Positions 52,744 through 62,924 of a DNA stretch of 64,000 nt are shown here, one piece after another. The position numbers were made by a program, and so were the translations under genes. Location of the stretch: assembly GCA_017461985.1 (NCBI GenBank), contig JAFTSA010000007.1:2250-66249 (forward strand), read 5' to 3'. Within the stretch, counting starts at the first letter, position 1. Every line of letters begins with the position of its first letter. The notes beneath the pieces were generated by a model, which did not search any database, was not told the DNA's origin, and saw nothing but the letters and a program-made list of their open reading frames with translations. The DNA is from Clostridia bacterium. GTDB lineage: Bacteria; Bacillota; Clostridia; Christensenellales; CAG-917.

Positions 52744-53922
52744 TGATTCACGTAGAACAAAAAAATATCCTCAAAAAAAACAGAGTAAAAAACTTGTCGA
52801 AAGCAACAAATGAAAACAGCATAAGCTCTAAACAAGCAACGACGCAAACAAAAAAACCAGCAACGTTAAAGAAAAAAGACTCCCTATCAAAAAACAAAGC
52901 AAACAACGTTTATAGTGAGTTTTATTATGATTTCGGGTGGTTTTCTAGGTTTTTTGGAGAAAAACAAGCAAAACGTGGGCAATTTTATTGTGTAAAAACA
53001 GATTGATTGACAACTTATTTATGGGCAAAACACTAAAAAACAGGGTGAATTATCCTAAAAAAGCATAGAAAACGGCTTGTAAAATACTAAAAAAACGTCT
53101 AGTTTGCGATTTTATAAAAAAATGTGAAACCATAATGTATTTTATTATATTTTTTGCGAAACAACAAGGGGTCAAATTTCAATGGAGAAAGAGGTGATTT
53201 TAACTAATAAAATTTTAGATGGAGGAAAAACGAAAAATTATTTTTCATAGGATTTTCAAGTGGGAAAATCGGGCAAAAAGTGCCCAAAATGGGGTGTTTT
53301 GGGGTGTTTTTGGCCATTTTTGAGCGTTTTTGTTTCACATGAAACACAACCACCAAGACGAATTGTTCCACGTGAAACATATATTTTTGCACCATTTTTC
53401 ACCATTTCGGGAGTGTTTCACATGAAACGCCGATTTTATTATATTTTTGCTATTTTCAACGAAATTTTAGTATCCTGTGAAACGTCGGTTTTGTGTGGAT
53501 TTGTCGCTTTTCGCCGTCAAATTTGACGGCTAAGTGGCTTATTTTCGTCCAAAATGGCTTGCGAAACAATTTGTCCACCTCGATTTGCCATAGGCAGGTG
53601 TTCATTTTGTCTTAACTTGCTGGCGATTGCAGTCATCGATGGCGGATTTGTGCATTTGTTTTGACTGATATGTGTTGTGATTGGGTTGTTGTGGTAAAAT
53701 ATGGCGGTTTAAGAAAGGGTTATTTTTTTTTCTATTGTTTGAAGATGAAATTTTGTGATGGTCATCTCATCTTTTTCAAAGGTAGATTTTTGACGTTTTG
53801 AGCGGAAAAGTGTCGTAGGCAACCGGTCATACGACTCCGCAAAAAGGCATTTCGGTTGAAGAAAATATGTTTTCTATGTTTTGTTATAGAACGTTTTGTA
53901 GAAAAATGTTTCACGCGAAACA
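52744..53922. promoter_or_regulatory. parS cluster
   Basis: TGTTTCACATGAAACA 53331, TGTTCCACGTGAAACA 53364, TGTTTCACATGAAACG 53414, TGTTTCACGCGAAACA 53907, degenerate TGATTCACGTAGAACA 52744. Confidence 0.85.
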
Positions 53923-54198
53923 TTTATTTTATCTAATAAAACTTTGCTATACGTAAGAAATAAACCATAATATATCAAACCGCTTATCAAGCCACGAAAT
54001 ATATTTGATTTGTTTGTATTTGAGAAAAATCAACAGCGGTTGGCAGGTTGCATTGCTTTTTTGTTGTGTTGTGTGTGGTAGAGTAAATAAAACACCTTAA
54101 AACGTATATTGTTGGCTGCAAAATGATGTCGGTTGATTTGTGTAGGGTTTTATATTTGCCAAAACAATAGAAAAAACTCTTTTTCTATATTTTCAATT

Positions 54199-54642
54199 TT
54201 ACAAATTGTAGAAATTGTGATGCTTTACGTTTTTCCTTCTTGCATATTGCAGGGCGGAGTAAGCACCACCAAACCTTATGTTTACGTAAAAGAAGACGAA
54301 ATCGCTGTTTTCCACTATCCACCGATTTCGGGCAGTGATGGCGTAGCGCTTTGGAGTGGCTTCTATATCTGGATATATCACCTCGTCAAAGCGTTCAGTG
54401 ACGTATTTTCGGCGCAAATATTCTTCATCAAGATATGGGCTAACAAAACATAGTTTTGTTAGATGTCGCATTTTCTTATACTCTATGGCGCATTGATATG
54501 CAAAAGCATCAAATCCCCCATAATCTCCTAGAAAAAACTGAACGTCCGTTTCTCCTGCGACTTCTTTTATCTGCTCAACAACAAACTCCGCACTCAAATC
54601 TGCGTCATAAAACTTGCTGTGTCCAAAAAACGAAATAATCAT
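54199..54642 (-). CDS. SLOG/DUF1273 (YspA-like) protein
   Basis: SFFGH, GGFD, RNRWIVENSD, GGAY. Confidence 0.7.
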   Translation of the reverse strand: MIISFFGHSKFYDADLSAEFVVEQIKEVAGETDVQFFLGDYGGFDAFAYQCAIEYKKMRHLTKLCFVSPYLDEEYLRRKYVTERFDEVIYPDIEATPKRYAITARNRWIVENSDFVFFYVNIRFGGAYSALQYARRKNVKHHNFYNL

Positions 54643-54782
54643 ATAACACCACCACGGAAGTATACATCCATATATTAGCACAATACTACGTTTTAGGGAA
54701 GTATACACTCTTATTTTTACAATACTTCTTTCATATAATGTTAAGGAAGTATTCTTTCCTATCAAAACAAGGAGGTGGTTTT

Positions 54783-55025
54783 ATGACAGTCAATGAAGCG
54801 ATAATAAAACGCGTCAACACTTTGCTTAAAGAGCGCAATATGACAAAGTATCGTTTGGAACAGAATTCTGGCATGGATCACGGTCATTTGAGATGGGTTA
54901 TGAGCGGAAAAAGCAAAACTGTCACCTTGTCCACAGTTGCAAAACTTGCACTTGGTTTTGATATGTCGGTGGCAGAATTTTTAGACGATGAATTGTTTGC
55001 ACACGAAAATCTCGAAATAGAATAA
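54783..55025 (+). CDS. XRE-family helix-turn-helix regulator
   Basis: 80-aa HTH pattern; GGAGG RBS. Confidence 0.85.
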   Translation: MTVNEAIIKRVNTLLKERNMTKYRLEQNSGMDHGHLRWVMSGKSKTVTLSTVAKLALGFDMSVAEFLDDELFAHENLEIE

Positions 55026-55099
55026 ACACTATAAATAAACCCTCGTTGAAGCGAGGGTTTTTGTTTGCGAAGTTTGGCGTTGTTTGGTGAAAATTGAAT

Positions 55100-55528
55100 T
55101 TATCCTTTCAGGATTGCAAGGTATTTTGTCAGTTCTTCTTTGGCGTTTTTGAGGTTGTGGGAGCGGTAGTTGCCACACTCGATTTTCTTTGAGCCGGGGA
55201 TTGTGTCAAGAAGAAGACATTTTTCAACACATTCGGTGACAATTTTCTTTGCATCGTTGACGTCAGGAGTGTCAAAGAGGAGAAGGTAAAATCCTGTCCT
55301 GCAACCCATAGGTCCAAAATAGACGACTTTGTCTTTGTAGGGGCTGTTGCGTACGACTGTTGCAAAAAGGTGCTCCACAGTGTGCATACTTGCAGTGTGA
55401 AGATAGTCTCCTTTGTTGGGTGCTTTGAAGCGAAGGTCGTAGGTGAAAACGTTGCCGTCAACGCGGTTGAAATATATGCCGGGGGTCAGCACGTTGTGAT
55501 CGATGCAAAATGATGTGATACGTTCCAT
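55100..55528 (-). CDS. luxS: S-ribosylhomocysteine lyase
   Basis: HTVEH, GPMGCRTGFY, CGN. Confidence 0.95.
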   Translation of the reverse strand: MERITSFCIDHNVLTPGIYFNRVDGNVFTYDLRFKAPNKGDYLHTASMHTVEHLFATVVRNSPYKDKVVYFGPMGCRTGFYLLLFDTPDVNDAKKIVTECVEKCLLLDTIPGSKKIECGNYRSHNLKNAKEELTKYLAILKG

Positions 55529-55660
55529 AATATTGATTTTGACTATATACAAAGTATATAGTCAATTCTTATTTTCTTGTTTTTTGTTGATTTAATGTTG
55601 CTATATTTGTTTGTTGTTTAATTTGTAGATTGTTTGATAATTTTGTTTGATTTTACAATC

Positions 55661-56383
55661 CTACAATCTCACGGGAGGGAGGGGAGTTTCACTCTTGCCC
55701 GACACCGCTTTGAGGACGGCAGGGAAGATGCTTTCATATTTTGTAAGTCCTCTTCTAACCACTTCGCCAAAAGACACGTTTGCGCTTTCGTCTGCTTTGT
55801 CCGATATGACTTTGATTGAAAGAAGAGGTATGCCGTTTCTTTCGGTGGCGATGGCAAGGCCTGCGCATTCCATATCACATATGTGGGCGCCGAAGGTGCG
55901 GAGATATTCCTTTTCCTCACGAGATGCCACAAACTTGTCACCAGATGCATCAATGACGATAGGCAAAATTCCACCTAGTTCGTTTTGGACTTTGGCGATG
56001 AGGTTGCGGTCAAGGTGGAAATAGACACTGTCTTTGCCGTCGTATTGGCCGGCAGGCACGTCGTCGATTTCTGAGGTGTCAAATTGATAGTGGACGGTTG
56101 CACCTACAAGGGTCAAATCACCTATGTCAAAGCGGTTGTCCAGTGAGCCTACAAAACCAAAGTTGAGTATGGCTTCAACCTCAAAAATATCCACAAGCAT
56201 TTGAGCGGTCAGTGCGGCACGGATTTCGCCAACACCTGACTTTGCAAGATAAATCTCATTGCCGTCGATTTCAAATTGATGGACGGTTGCGCCTGCAACC
56301 TTTCCTTCACCTTTTGCTTTGCCCAGTTTTTCATACAGGGGCATAGTTTCGTCCGCCATAGCGGTTATGATGCCAATTCTCAT
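55661..56383 (-). CDS. mtnN: 5'-methylthioadenosine/S-adenosylhomocysteine nucleosidase
   Basis: IGIITAM, SGVG, SGDKF, DME, VISD. Confidence 0.9.
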   Translation of the reverse strand: MRIGIITAMADETMPLYEKLGKAKGEGKVAGATVHQFEIDGNEIYLAKSGVGEIRAALTAQMLVDIFEVEAILNFGFVGSLDNRFDIGDLTLVGATVHYQFDTSEIDDVPAGQYDGKDSVYFHLDRNLIAKVQNELGGILPIVIDASGDKFVASREEKEYLRTFGAHICDMECAGLAIATERNGIPLLSIKVISDKADESANVSFGEVVRRGLTKYESIFPAVLKAVSGKSETPLPPVRL

Positions 56384-56566
56384 AGTTGCCTCCACTTCAA
56401 TTTTACACGATATGACACCATAAAGCAAGTGGGGGAGTGTGGTTTTTGAGGGTATATATGCTGTTTTTCAACTGAAATCGACACTTTTCACCAAAGACGT
56501 CGGCTTTAAGAAAAGGGCTTATGCAACAAACTGTTGCATATCCGCTCACGGGTGTGTTAATATAAT

Positions 56567-58042
56567 ATGGCTATGAAATTCAATTATAAACGCACAATAC
56601 TTTGCTCTCTCGCTTTTGGCTGGATAGCGTTATTTTGGGGTTCATACGACTCCTTTATGCAAGTGGTGGACTACGACGTCTATCATCTATCCTCATTTTG
56701 GCACGGCGTGATCATCGCCAGTGACAATATTTTTGGTCTTATTCTGCTTCCTATCTTTGGAAAACTCAGCGATATGTCAAAGGGCAAACGCTTTGGCAGA
56801 AGAAAACCTTTTGTTGTAATCGGCACTATTGTTGAAATGATAGCCTTTTCAGGCGTGTGTATATTTGCTTCACTTGGTGAAGGCTATTTTGTGCCTTTCA
56901 TTATATGTCTTATGCTCACCCTTGCAAGCCTTGCAGCCTACCGCTCACCGGCTCTTGCATTGGTGCCCGACATCAACCCTGACAAATTCCGCAGTAAGGC
57001 AAACGCAATTTCAAATATCGTATCCGTCATCACAACAGTTATGGCTCTTGGCTACTTTATGGTTATGCCCAAGGACGTAAAAGACGGCTTCTGGGCATAC
57101 GGAGGGCTTATGGTGGGCACAACCCTTGTGCTTCTCGTTTGGTTCTGTTTGGCAGTCAAGGAAAACAAGTTCAATAGAGAAGTGGCTCTTGAATTTGAAG
57201 AGGAAAGACAATCCCTTATCCCTGACGGGGATATCGCTGAAAAGATTGATTTTTCTGCAAATTGCGACAGCGTAAACCTTGATGAAAAGGCAAGTTTCAC
57301 CCCCTCATATAACGTGGACACAGGGGACACTCTCCTTCATTTGCCAAATATCGACGCAACAAAACAATACGGCCTCCCTAAGCGCATAAAAAGTCTGCGC
57401 CAAAACGCAACTTTCAACAAACTTTGCATACTGGGCATTGTGTTCTGCTTCTATATGGCATACAACGCAATCACCTCAAACTTTATTACGTACGCAAAGG
57501 TGATTTTGAATTTCAAGCAAAATCAAGCCATGATACCTCTCATTATAGCCCAAGCGGCGGCTATGCTCAGTTTCCCCTTGTCAAGTTGGCTTGCAGGAAA
57601 GATTGGCAGAAAATATACAATCCTGTCAGGCTTTGTGCTTATGCTCGTTTGCTTTGCGCTGACCATACTCTTCTCAACACCTCACCCAGCCCTCTATGTG
57701 GTGTTTATGGGCCTCGGTGTCAGCTTTGGCTTTGCTATGGTCAACATCTATCCTTTCTATCTTGAAAGCGCGCACGACAGCAAACTGGGCAAGGAAACAG
57801 GTGTCTTCTCGGTGTCTATGACACTTGCAATGGTGGTGACACCTATTCTCTCTGGTGTGCTCATTGACCATACCGGTCATTGGTTTGGAGGCTTTGACGG
57901 GGCAGGATTCAAAGTCCTCTTCCCCTACTGCATAGTTTTCCTTGTTTTGGCGGTGATTTTCTCACTTATGATTGAGGACAAAAACCCTATAAACAAAAGA
58001 CGTAGAAAAAGAAAATTGATGGAGAATAATCAATGTCAATAA
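56567..58042 (+). CDS. MFS sugar transporter (SUC/maltose-permease-like)
   Basis: G.LSD...GRRKPF; multiple transmembrane segments. Confidence 0.82.
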   Translation: MAMKFNYKRTILCSLAFGWIALFWGSYDSFMQVVDYDVYHLSSFWHGVIIASDNIFGLILLPIFGKLSDMSKGKRFGRRKPFVVIGTIVEMIAFSGVCIFASLGEGYFVPFIICLMLTLASLAAYRSPALALVPDINPDKFRSKANAISNIVSVITTVMALGYFMVMPKDVKDGFWAYGGLMVGTTLVLLVWFCLAVKENKFNREVALEFEEERQSLIPDGDIAEKIDFSANCDSVNLDEKASFTPSYNVDTGDTLLHLPNIDATKQYGLPKRIKSLRQNATFNKLCILGIVFCFYMAYNAITSNFITYAKVILNFKQNQAMIPLIIAQAAAMLSFPLSSWLAGKIGRKYTILSGFVLMLVCFALTILFSTPHPALYVVFMGLGVSFGFAMVNIYPFYLESAHDSKLGKETGVFSVSMTLAMVVTPILSGVLIDHTGHWFGGFDGAGFKVLFPYCIVFLVLAVIFSLMIEDKNPINKRRRKRKLMENNQCQ

Positions 58043-58740
58043 ACAGAATTTTGCTCACAGAAAGCGTAAACGACCTTTTCGGTCATCTTGGCGTCACTCT
58101 CAACGAAGACAGCATTGACGCTCTTGAAGCATACTACGATGCTGTCATAGAGGCCAACAAGGAGTTCAACCTTACTTCAATAACAGCAAAGGACGAATTT
58201 GTTGTAAAGCACCTCATTGACTCTATTGCAGGGGTTGGATTTATCCCTGAAAATGCAAAGGTCATTGACGTGGGCAGTGGCGGTGGATTCCCCTCCTTTC
58301 CTATTGCAGCTGTACGCACTGACTGCTCGGTGACTGCCCTTGATTCAACCGCAAAGAAAATGAACTTTGTGGGCAACACTGCACGCTTCCTTGGAGTGAA
58401 AAACCTGACAACCGTTGTGGGTAGAGCAGAGGAGTGCAAGAGTTTGTTTGGCAAGTACGATGTGGTGACAGCAAGAGCGGTGTCCGCCCTTCCTATTCTT
58501 CTTGAAATATGTTCACCTCTCATCAAAGTTGGTGGTGTTATGCTTGCATACAAAACAGATGAAAGCGAGCTTGAAGTGTCAAAAACGGCACTTGAAAAGT
58601 TGAATATGACACATAAAACATCGTTTTCGTTCAATTTGCCCACAGGAGATAGGCGTTCAATCCTAGTTTTTGAAAAGACAGCACCCACTCCAAATCAATA
58701 TCCTCGTCAATACGGTCAAATCAAAAAAAGACCTCTGTAA
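58033..58740 (+). CDS. rsmG: 16S rRNA m7G527 methyltransferase
   Basis: NLTSI, KHLIDS, DVGSGGGFP, ARAV. Confidence 0.95.
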   Translation: MSINRILLTESVNDLFGHLGVTLNEDSIDALEAYYDAVIEANKEFNLTSITAKDEFVVKHLIDSIAGVGFIPENAKVIDVGSGGGFPSFPIAAVRTDCSVTALDSTAKKMNFVGNTARFLGVKNLTTVVGRAEECKSLFGKYDVVTARAVSALPILLEICSPLIKVGGVMLAYKTDESELEVSKTALEKLNMTHKTSFSFNLPTGDRRSILVFEKTAPTPNQYPRQYGQIKKRPL

Positions 58741-58789
58741 GAAAATACCAACTTCAAAAAATAACTTAATTTGACACAAAATTACAACA

Positions 58790-58818
58790 AAAAAATCCCA
58801 CGCTTTTGTGGGATTTTT
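58790..58818. terminator. Bidirectional terminator between rsmG and parB
   Basis: AAAAATCCCAC...GTGGGATTTTT. Confidence 0.7.
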
Positions 58819-58839
58819 GTTTTGGGTGGATTGATTATT

Positions 58840-59721
58840 TTAGAGCTTTTCGTCGTATTTTAGGCGTTCAATAAGGTCGTGGATTCTGTCCAAATCGTCC
58901 TTGTTGAAATAGTCAATGTAGATACGTCCCTTTGACTCGTTGCCGGCAATGCGAACTTTTGTTGCAAACACACGTTTCATATCGCCAACAAGTGCTTTAA
59001 GTTCCACAGGTAGTGCTGTCTTTCTAGGACCGACGGGGATATTCTTTCTTGAGAAGTAGAGGCGGACCTTTGTTTCAAGTTCACGGACGGTGAGACGATT
59101 GTCGCAGGCTTGCTTTGCAAGAAGGATAAGATAATCCTTGTCGTCAATTGATATCAGTGCTCTTGCGTGGCCGGGGGAGAGACGTCCTTCCTTCACAAGG
59201 TCGGTCACTTCCTTGGGGAGTTGCAAAAGGCGGAGTGTGTTGGTGACATAGGGACGGGATTTGCCAATGCGACTTGCCACTGCTTCTTGGGTGAGTCCGT
59301 GATTTTCCATCAATTCTCTCATACCTTCTGCGGCTTCGATTGCGTTGAGGTCTTCACGATGCAGGTTTTCAATAAGAGAGATTTCTTGGATTTGTTGGTT
59401 GGTCAACTCTCTCACGATGACGGGCACTTTTTTCAGACCTGCCATATATGCTGCTCTAAAACGACGTTCACCTGCGATGATGAGATATCTGCCGTTGGAC
59501 TCTGTGACGAGCAAAGGTTGAAGAACACCATAGGTTGCAACAGATGATGACATTTCACGGAGTGAATCCTCGTTAAAAGTCTTTCTGGGTTGGGCAGGGT
59601 TTCTGTCGATAAGAGTGATATCAACGTCGATTGCGTTGACTCCTGCGATTTCAACTTTTACGTTGTCTTCGTGGTCGTTGTAAAGTGCGCTGTATTTGTT
59701 GTTTCCACCTTTTTCAGCCAT
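58840..59721 (-). CDS. parB: Chromosome partitioning protein ParB/Spo0J
   Basis: QPRKTF, GERRFRA, IENLHREDL, HTH; start MAEKG after GGAG. Confidence 0.9.
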   Translation of the reverse strand: MAEKGGNNKYSALYNDHEDNVKVEIAGVNAIDVDITLIDRNPAQPRKTFNEDSLREMSSSVATYGVLQPLLVTESNGRYLIIAGERRFRAAYMAGLKKVPVIVRELTNQQIQEISLIENLHREDLNAIEAAEGMRELMENHGLTQEAVASRIGKSRPYVTNTLRLLQLPKEVTDLVKEGRLSPGHARALISIDDKDYLILLAKQACDNRLTVRELETKVRLYFSRKNIPVGPRKTALPVELKALVGDMKRVFATKVRIAGNESKGRIYIDYFNKDDLDRIHDLIERLKYDEKL

Positions 59722-59869
59722 AATAAACTCCTTTTGTTGACTATATAAATAAAATAACACAAAAAAATCTTGATAGCAATAAGTTTCACAAAATTGTTTC
59801 ACGTCTTTTCAAAGGAAAATGTGGCAGTTGCAAAAGAATGTTATCTATGATAAAATGATGAAAGATAAT

Positions 59870-60373
59870 ATGAAAAACAGAAATCTTGGCATATCACTGG
59901 TGAATAGAGTTGGCATGAGCGTGACTTGGCTTATTCTTCTTGCTCTTTTTGGGGCAAGTTATTATTTCATTGTCAAAAATTTCAACACTCTCCCTATTGA
60001 ATTTGTGATATGTTGGAGTGTTTTTGCTGGAGTAGTGCTTATCCTCACTGTCACAAGACCGTTTATTGGACTATATCCTCTTCAAAATGGTATGATTTTT
60101 GTGGCAGGGCTGAAGATCCACTATTTCAAATACGACCAACTGAAAAAGGTTGACCTCACCTTCACCAAAACCGATGAAAAACATTACAGCGCAGGGGTGA
60201 AAATAATTGACAGAGGGGGCAGAATTTATGAAAAGGATTTTCAAAAATACTTCTCCTCACAAAGAAACGAGGCTTTCTCACAACTTATGTACGGCGTGAA
60301 GGGGGACACTGTCTGCCAAGTCAGTGAATACCTTGAAAAAAGTGACGTTATTTCAGTCACAATCAATAACTAA
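59870..60373 (+). CDS. Hypothetical membrane protein (2 TM)
   Basis: ORF with two hydrophobic segments, downstream of a TTGCAA / TGnTAAAAT promoter. Confidence 0.6.
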   Translation: MKNRNLGISLVNRVGMSVTWLILLALFGASYYFIVKNFNTLPIEFVICWSVFAGVVLILTVTRPFIGLYPLQNGMIFVAGLKIHYFKYDQLKKVDLTFTKTDEKHYSAGVKIIDRGGRIYEKDFQKYFSSQRNEAFSQLMYGVKGDTVCQVSEYLEKSDVISVTINN

Positions 60374-60430
60374 AAAAGACCTCGAAAAGTGAGGTTTTTT
60401 GTTTTCTTCAAACCTTGATATACAATCAAG

Positions 60431-60640
60431 CGTGGACAAGTTTTTGTCACTGTGGATAAATTTTGGGAAAAGAGGAAAAAGTTGTCAACATACCACACCA
60501 CCTCTACACCCCGAAAAAGCAAGGTTTTTTGTAAAGTTAGACAACACAAAAATCCTTTTTGTTGGGCGGAAAAAGACTTTTCCACTTGTCAACAGTGCTT
60601 ATATATGATATAATTATTAAAAATAAAATATTTAAATAAA
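60431..60640. promoter_or_regulatory. DnaA-box cluster plus AT-rich tract, candidate oriC unwinding region
   Basis: Perfect TGTGGATAA at 60451; degenerate boxes at 60431, 60482, 60578 and 60586; AT-rich 60599-60640. Confidence 0.6.
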
Positions 60641-60651
60641 CAGGCGAAAAA

Positions 60652-61752
60652 ATGAAAGTTATTCTCAACGGAAACGAACTGGGCGATGCCCTTCAAAAAG
60701 TTGTAAAAGCACTGCCTCTCAAAAGAAGCAATCCCATTCTTGAATGCGTCAAAATCTCCGCATCTGGTGACGTGATCACACTCTTTGCCACCGACCTTGA
60801 ACTTGCCATTGAAAAGAAAATCAATGCAGAAGTCCTCATCGAAGGCGAAGTGGTTGTCCCCGGCAAACTCTTTGCAGAATATGCAAAGCGCATCGGCGAT
60901 GAACAAATTGAACTTGACGGCACTGCACAAAACAAACTTTCAGTCAAATATCTTGACAGTGAAGTTTTCATCAACTGCTACAGCGCAGATGAATATCCCG
61001 TCTTCAAAGAAGTTGAAAAGGACCACTCCTTCATCATCTTGAAGAAAGACTTTAAGGAACTCATCGGCAAAGTCAAATTCAACGTGGCAATGGATGAAGC
61101 AAGACCTTCACTCCGTGGCATCTGCCTCAACATCAAGGAAACTGAACTTGAAGGCGTTGCATCAGACGGCTATCGTCTTGCACTTTCAAAGATGCCCATC
61201 CAAAACAACGGCATCATTGACAAAATCGTTGTGCCTGCAAAGAGCATGAATGAACTGAGCTCACTCCTTGACGATGAAAACGAAACCCTCACCGTCTACG
61301 TTGACAGAAGTTATATCATGATCGACCTCTTCCACACAAAGATGGTGTCAAGACTTATCGCAGAAGACTACATCAACTACGAAAAGATCATCCCCAACGT
61401 TTTCACCACCGAAGTGACCATCGACAAAAAGCAATTTGAAAACAGCATTGAAAGAGTGTCCCTCATCAACCGCTCAGAAAAGAAAGCATACGTCAAGATG
61501 GAAATCAAGGAAGATTCAATCTCTCTCAACGCACACAGTGAAGAAGGTGAAATCAACGAAAAGGTGACCATCGGCCTCAAGGGTAAGGATTTGACCATCG
61601 GTTTCAACAGCAAGTATATCAGTGAATGTATGAAGGCAATCCAAGATCCTTTCGTCACACTGAACTTCACCTCATCAACAGCCCCCGGCATCATCAAAGG
61701 TGAACAAGACAGCTGGTTGTATCTCATCTTGCCGTTAAGGGTTATTGGTTAA
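60652..61752 (+). CDS. dnaN: DNA polymerase III beta clamp
   Basis: ATDLE, ASDGYRL, IGFN, LILPLR. Confidence 0.96.
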   Translation: MKVILNGNELGDALQKVVKALPLKRSNPILECVKISASGDVITLFATDLELAIEKKINAEVLIEGEVVVPGKLFAEYAKRIGDEQIELDGTAQNKLSVKYLDSEVFINCYSADEYPVFKEVEKDHSFIILKKDFKELIGKVKFNVAMDEARPSLRGICLNIKETELEGVASDGYRLALSKMPIQNNGIIDKIVVPAKSMNELSSLLDDENETLTVYVDRSYIMIDLFHTKMVSRLIAEDYINYEKIIPNVFTTEVTIDKKQFENSIERVSLINRSEKKAYVKMEIKEDSISLNAHSEEGEINEKVTIGLKGKDLTIGFNSKYISECMKAIQDPFVTLNFTSSTAPGIIKGEQDSWLYLILPLRVIG

Positions 61753-61835
61753 AAATGCGCTAAATCGCGAATAGTATAAAAAGCACTCTATAATTGAGTG
61801 CTTTTTGTTTGGATAGTGCATATACACTTAAGAAT

Positions 61836-62114
61836 ATGTCCCCCTTCCTCACGTGTTTCCCCCTTCTGCCATTCGGCAGAGCCCTACGGGCAGGGCAACA
61901 CTCGGCTCTCGCACATTAAGCGGCGTCGCCTTATTATGCCACTTGTCGCTTTGGTGCAAAAAAAAAAACAGAGCGCACCAGCGACTGCGTACAAATTCTG
62001 GTGCGACGCGATCGACGGCTTTGCCGTAGCAATACGCTCTTCCGTTCCTTACGGCGCTCCCTTCCTCGTCGCCGCTGCTCCTCGCGTTCCGTCTTCGAAC
62101 AAGTGAGTGCTTGT
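61836..62114. repeat. Structured dispersed repeat, copy 2
   Basis: Homologous to 41681-42003, same orientation. Confidence 0.85.
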
Positions 62115-62174
62115 CATCCATCCAAATATCACATTTAACAAAAAAAACATACTACATTTTTAGAAAGGATAAAA

Positions 62175-62789
62175 GTGAACAAACTGAAACTTGAAAAACT
62201 GAAGGACAAAGTTGACCTCCGTCTTACGGCGGCGGTTTTTGTGGTGTATATTTGGTGTCTTGTTTGGGTGATTGGGTTGAAATACAACTCACCTTGGATA
62301 TATGAACTCCGTGAATATATGCTGAAATTGCCTTTGTCAAGCCGTGTTGGAAACAACTGGATTCCTTTCTACTCCTTGGTGAAATCCGTTGAAAACGGCA
62401 CGTACGCTTTCAACCTTGACCACTTTCTCAACGTGGTGATTTATATACCTATGGGTATATATCTCTTTATTTTACTCGACGAAAAGGTGAGATATAGATG
62501 GAGTGCGGTTATATCTCTCAGTGTCATTGCGGTGTCATCTTTGATTTTTGAAATAGTCCAACTTTTCACAGGTCTTGGCGGTTGTGACGGCACAGACTTT
62601 GTCTGCAACTTTTTTGGCGGAGCGGTTGGATTCATCATCATTTCAGTCCTGCGACTTTTGATGAAAAAGCACTACAATTTGTCACTTAACGTTGTCAATA
62701 TAATATGCCTCATAGGATTTGTGCCTGCGGGCATATATTTTCTTGTCAACACAATTCTTAACGCAGGGCAGTACGCGCCTATCCTTTGA
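62175..62789 (+). CDS. VanZ family membrane protein
   Basis: NWIPF, LNVVIYIPMG, FEIVQ, D..CN..GG. Confidence 0.8.
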   Translation: MNKLKLEKLKDKVDLRLTAAVFVVYIWCLVWVIGLKYNSPWIYELREYMLKLPLSSRVGNNWIPFYSLVKSVENGTYAFNLDHFLNVVIYIPMGIYLFILLDEKVRYRWSAVISLSVIAVSSLIFEIVQLFTGLGGCDGTDFVCNFFGGAVGFIIISVLRLLMKKHYNLSLNVVNIICLIGFVPAGIYFLVNTILNAGQYAPIL

Positions 62790-62888
62790 TATTTTCTCTA
62801 AAAAACAAGTAGAATTTTGTGGAAAATTGGGGGAGAAAAATTTTTCATCCCTACATATTGATTTTTCAACTTTAATTTTTTATTTTAA

Positions 62889-62917
62889 TTGAAAATAAAA
62901 TGTGGATAAGTTATAAT
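62889..62917 (+). promoter_or_regulatory. dnaA promoter with a DnaA box in the spacer
   Basis: TTGAAA 62889, TGTGGATAA 62901, TATAAT 62912 (17-nt spacer). Confidence 0.75.
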
Positions 62918-62924
62918 CCCTACT

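Noticed and set aside
52713-53526. Short ORFs in the parS tract
   Set aside because: Low-complexity translations of A/T-tract DNA with no recognisable motifs.
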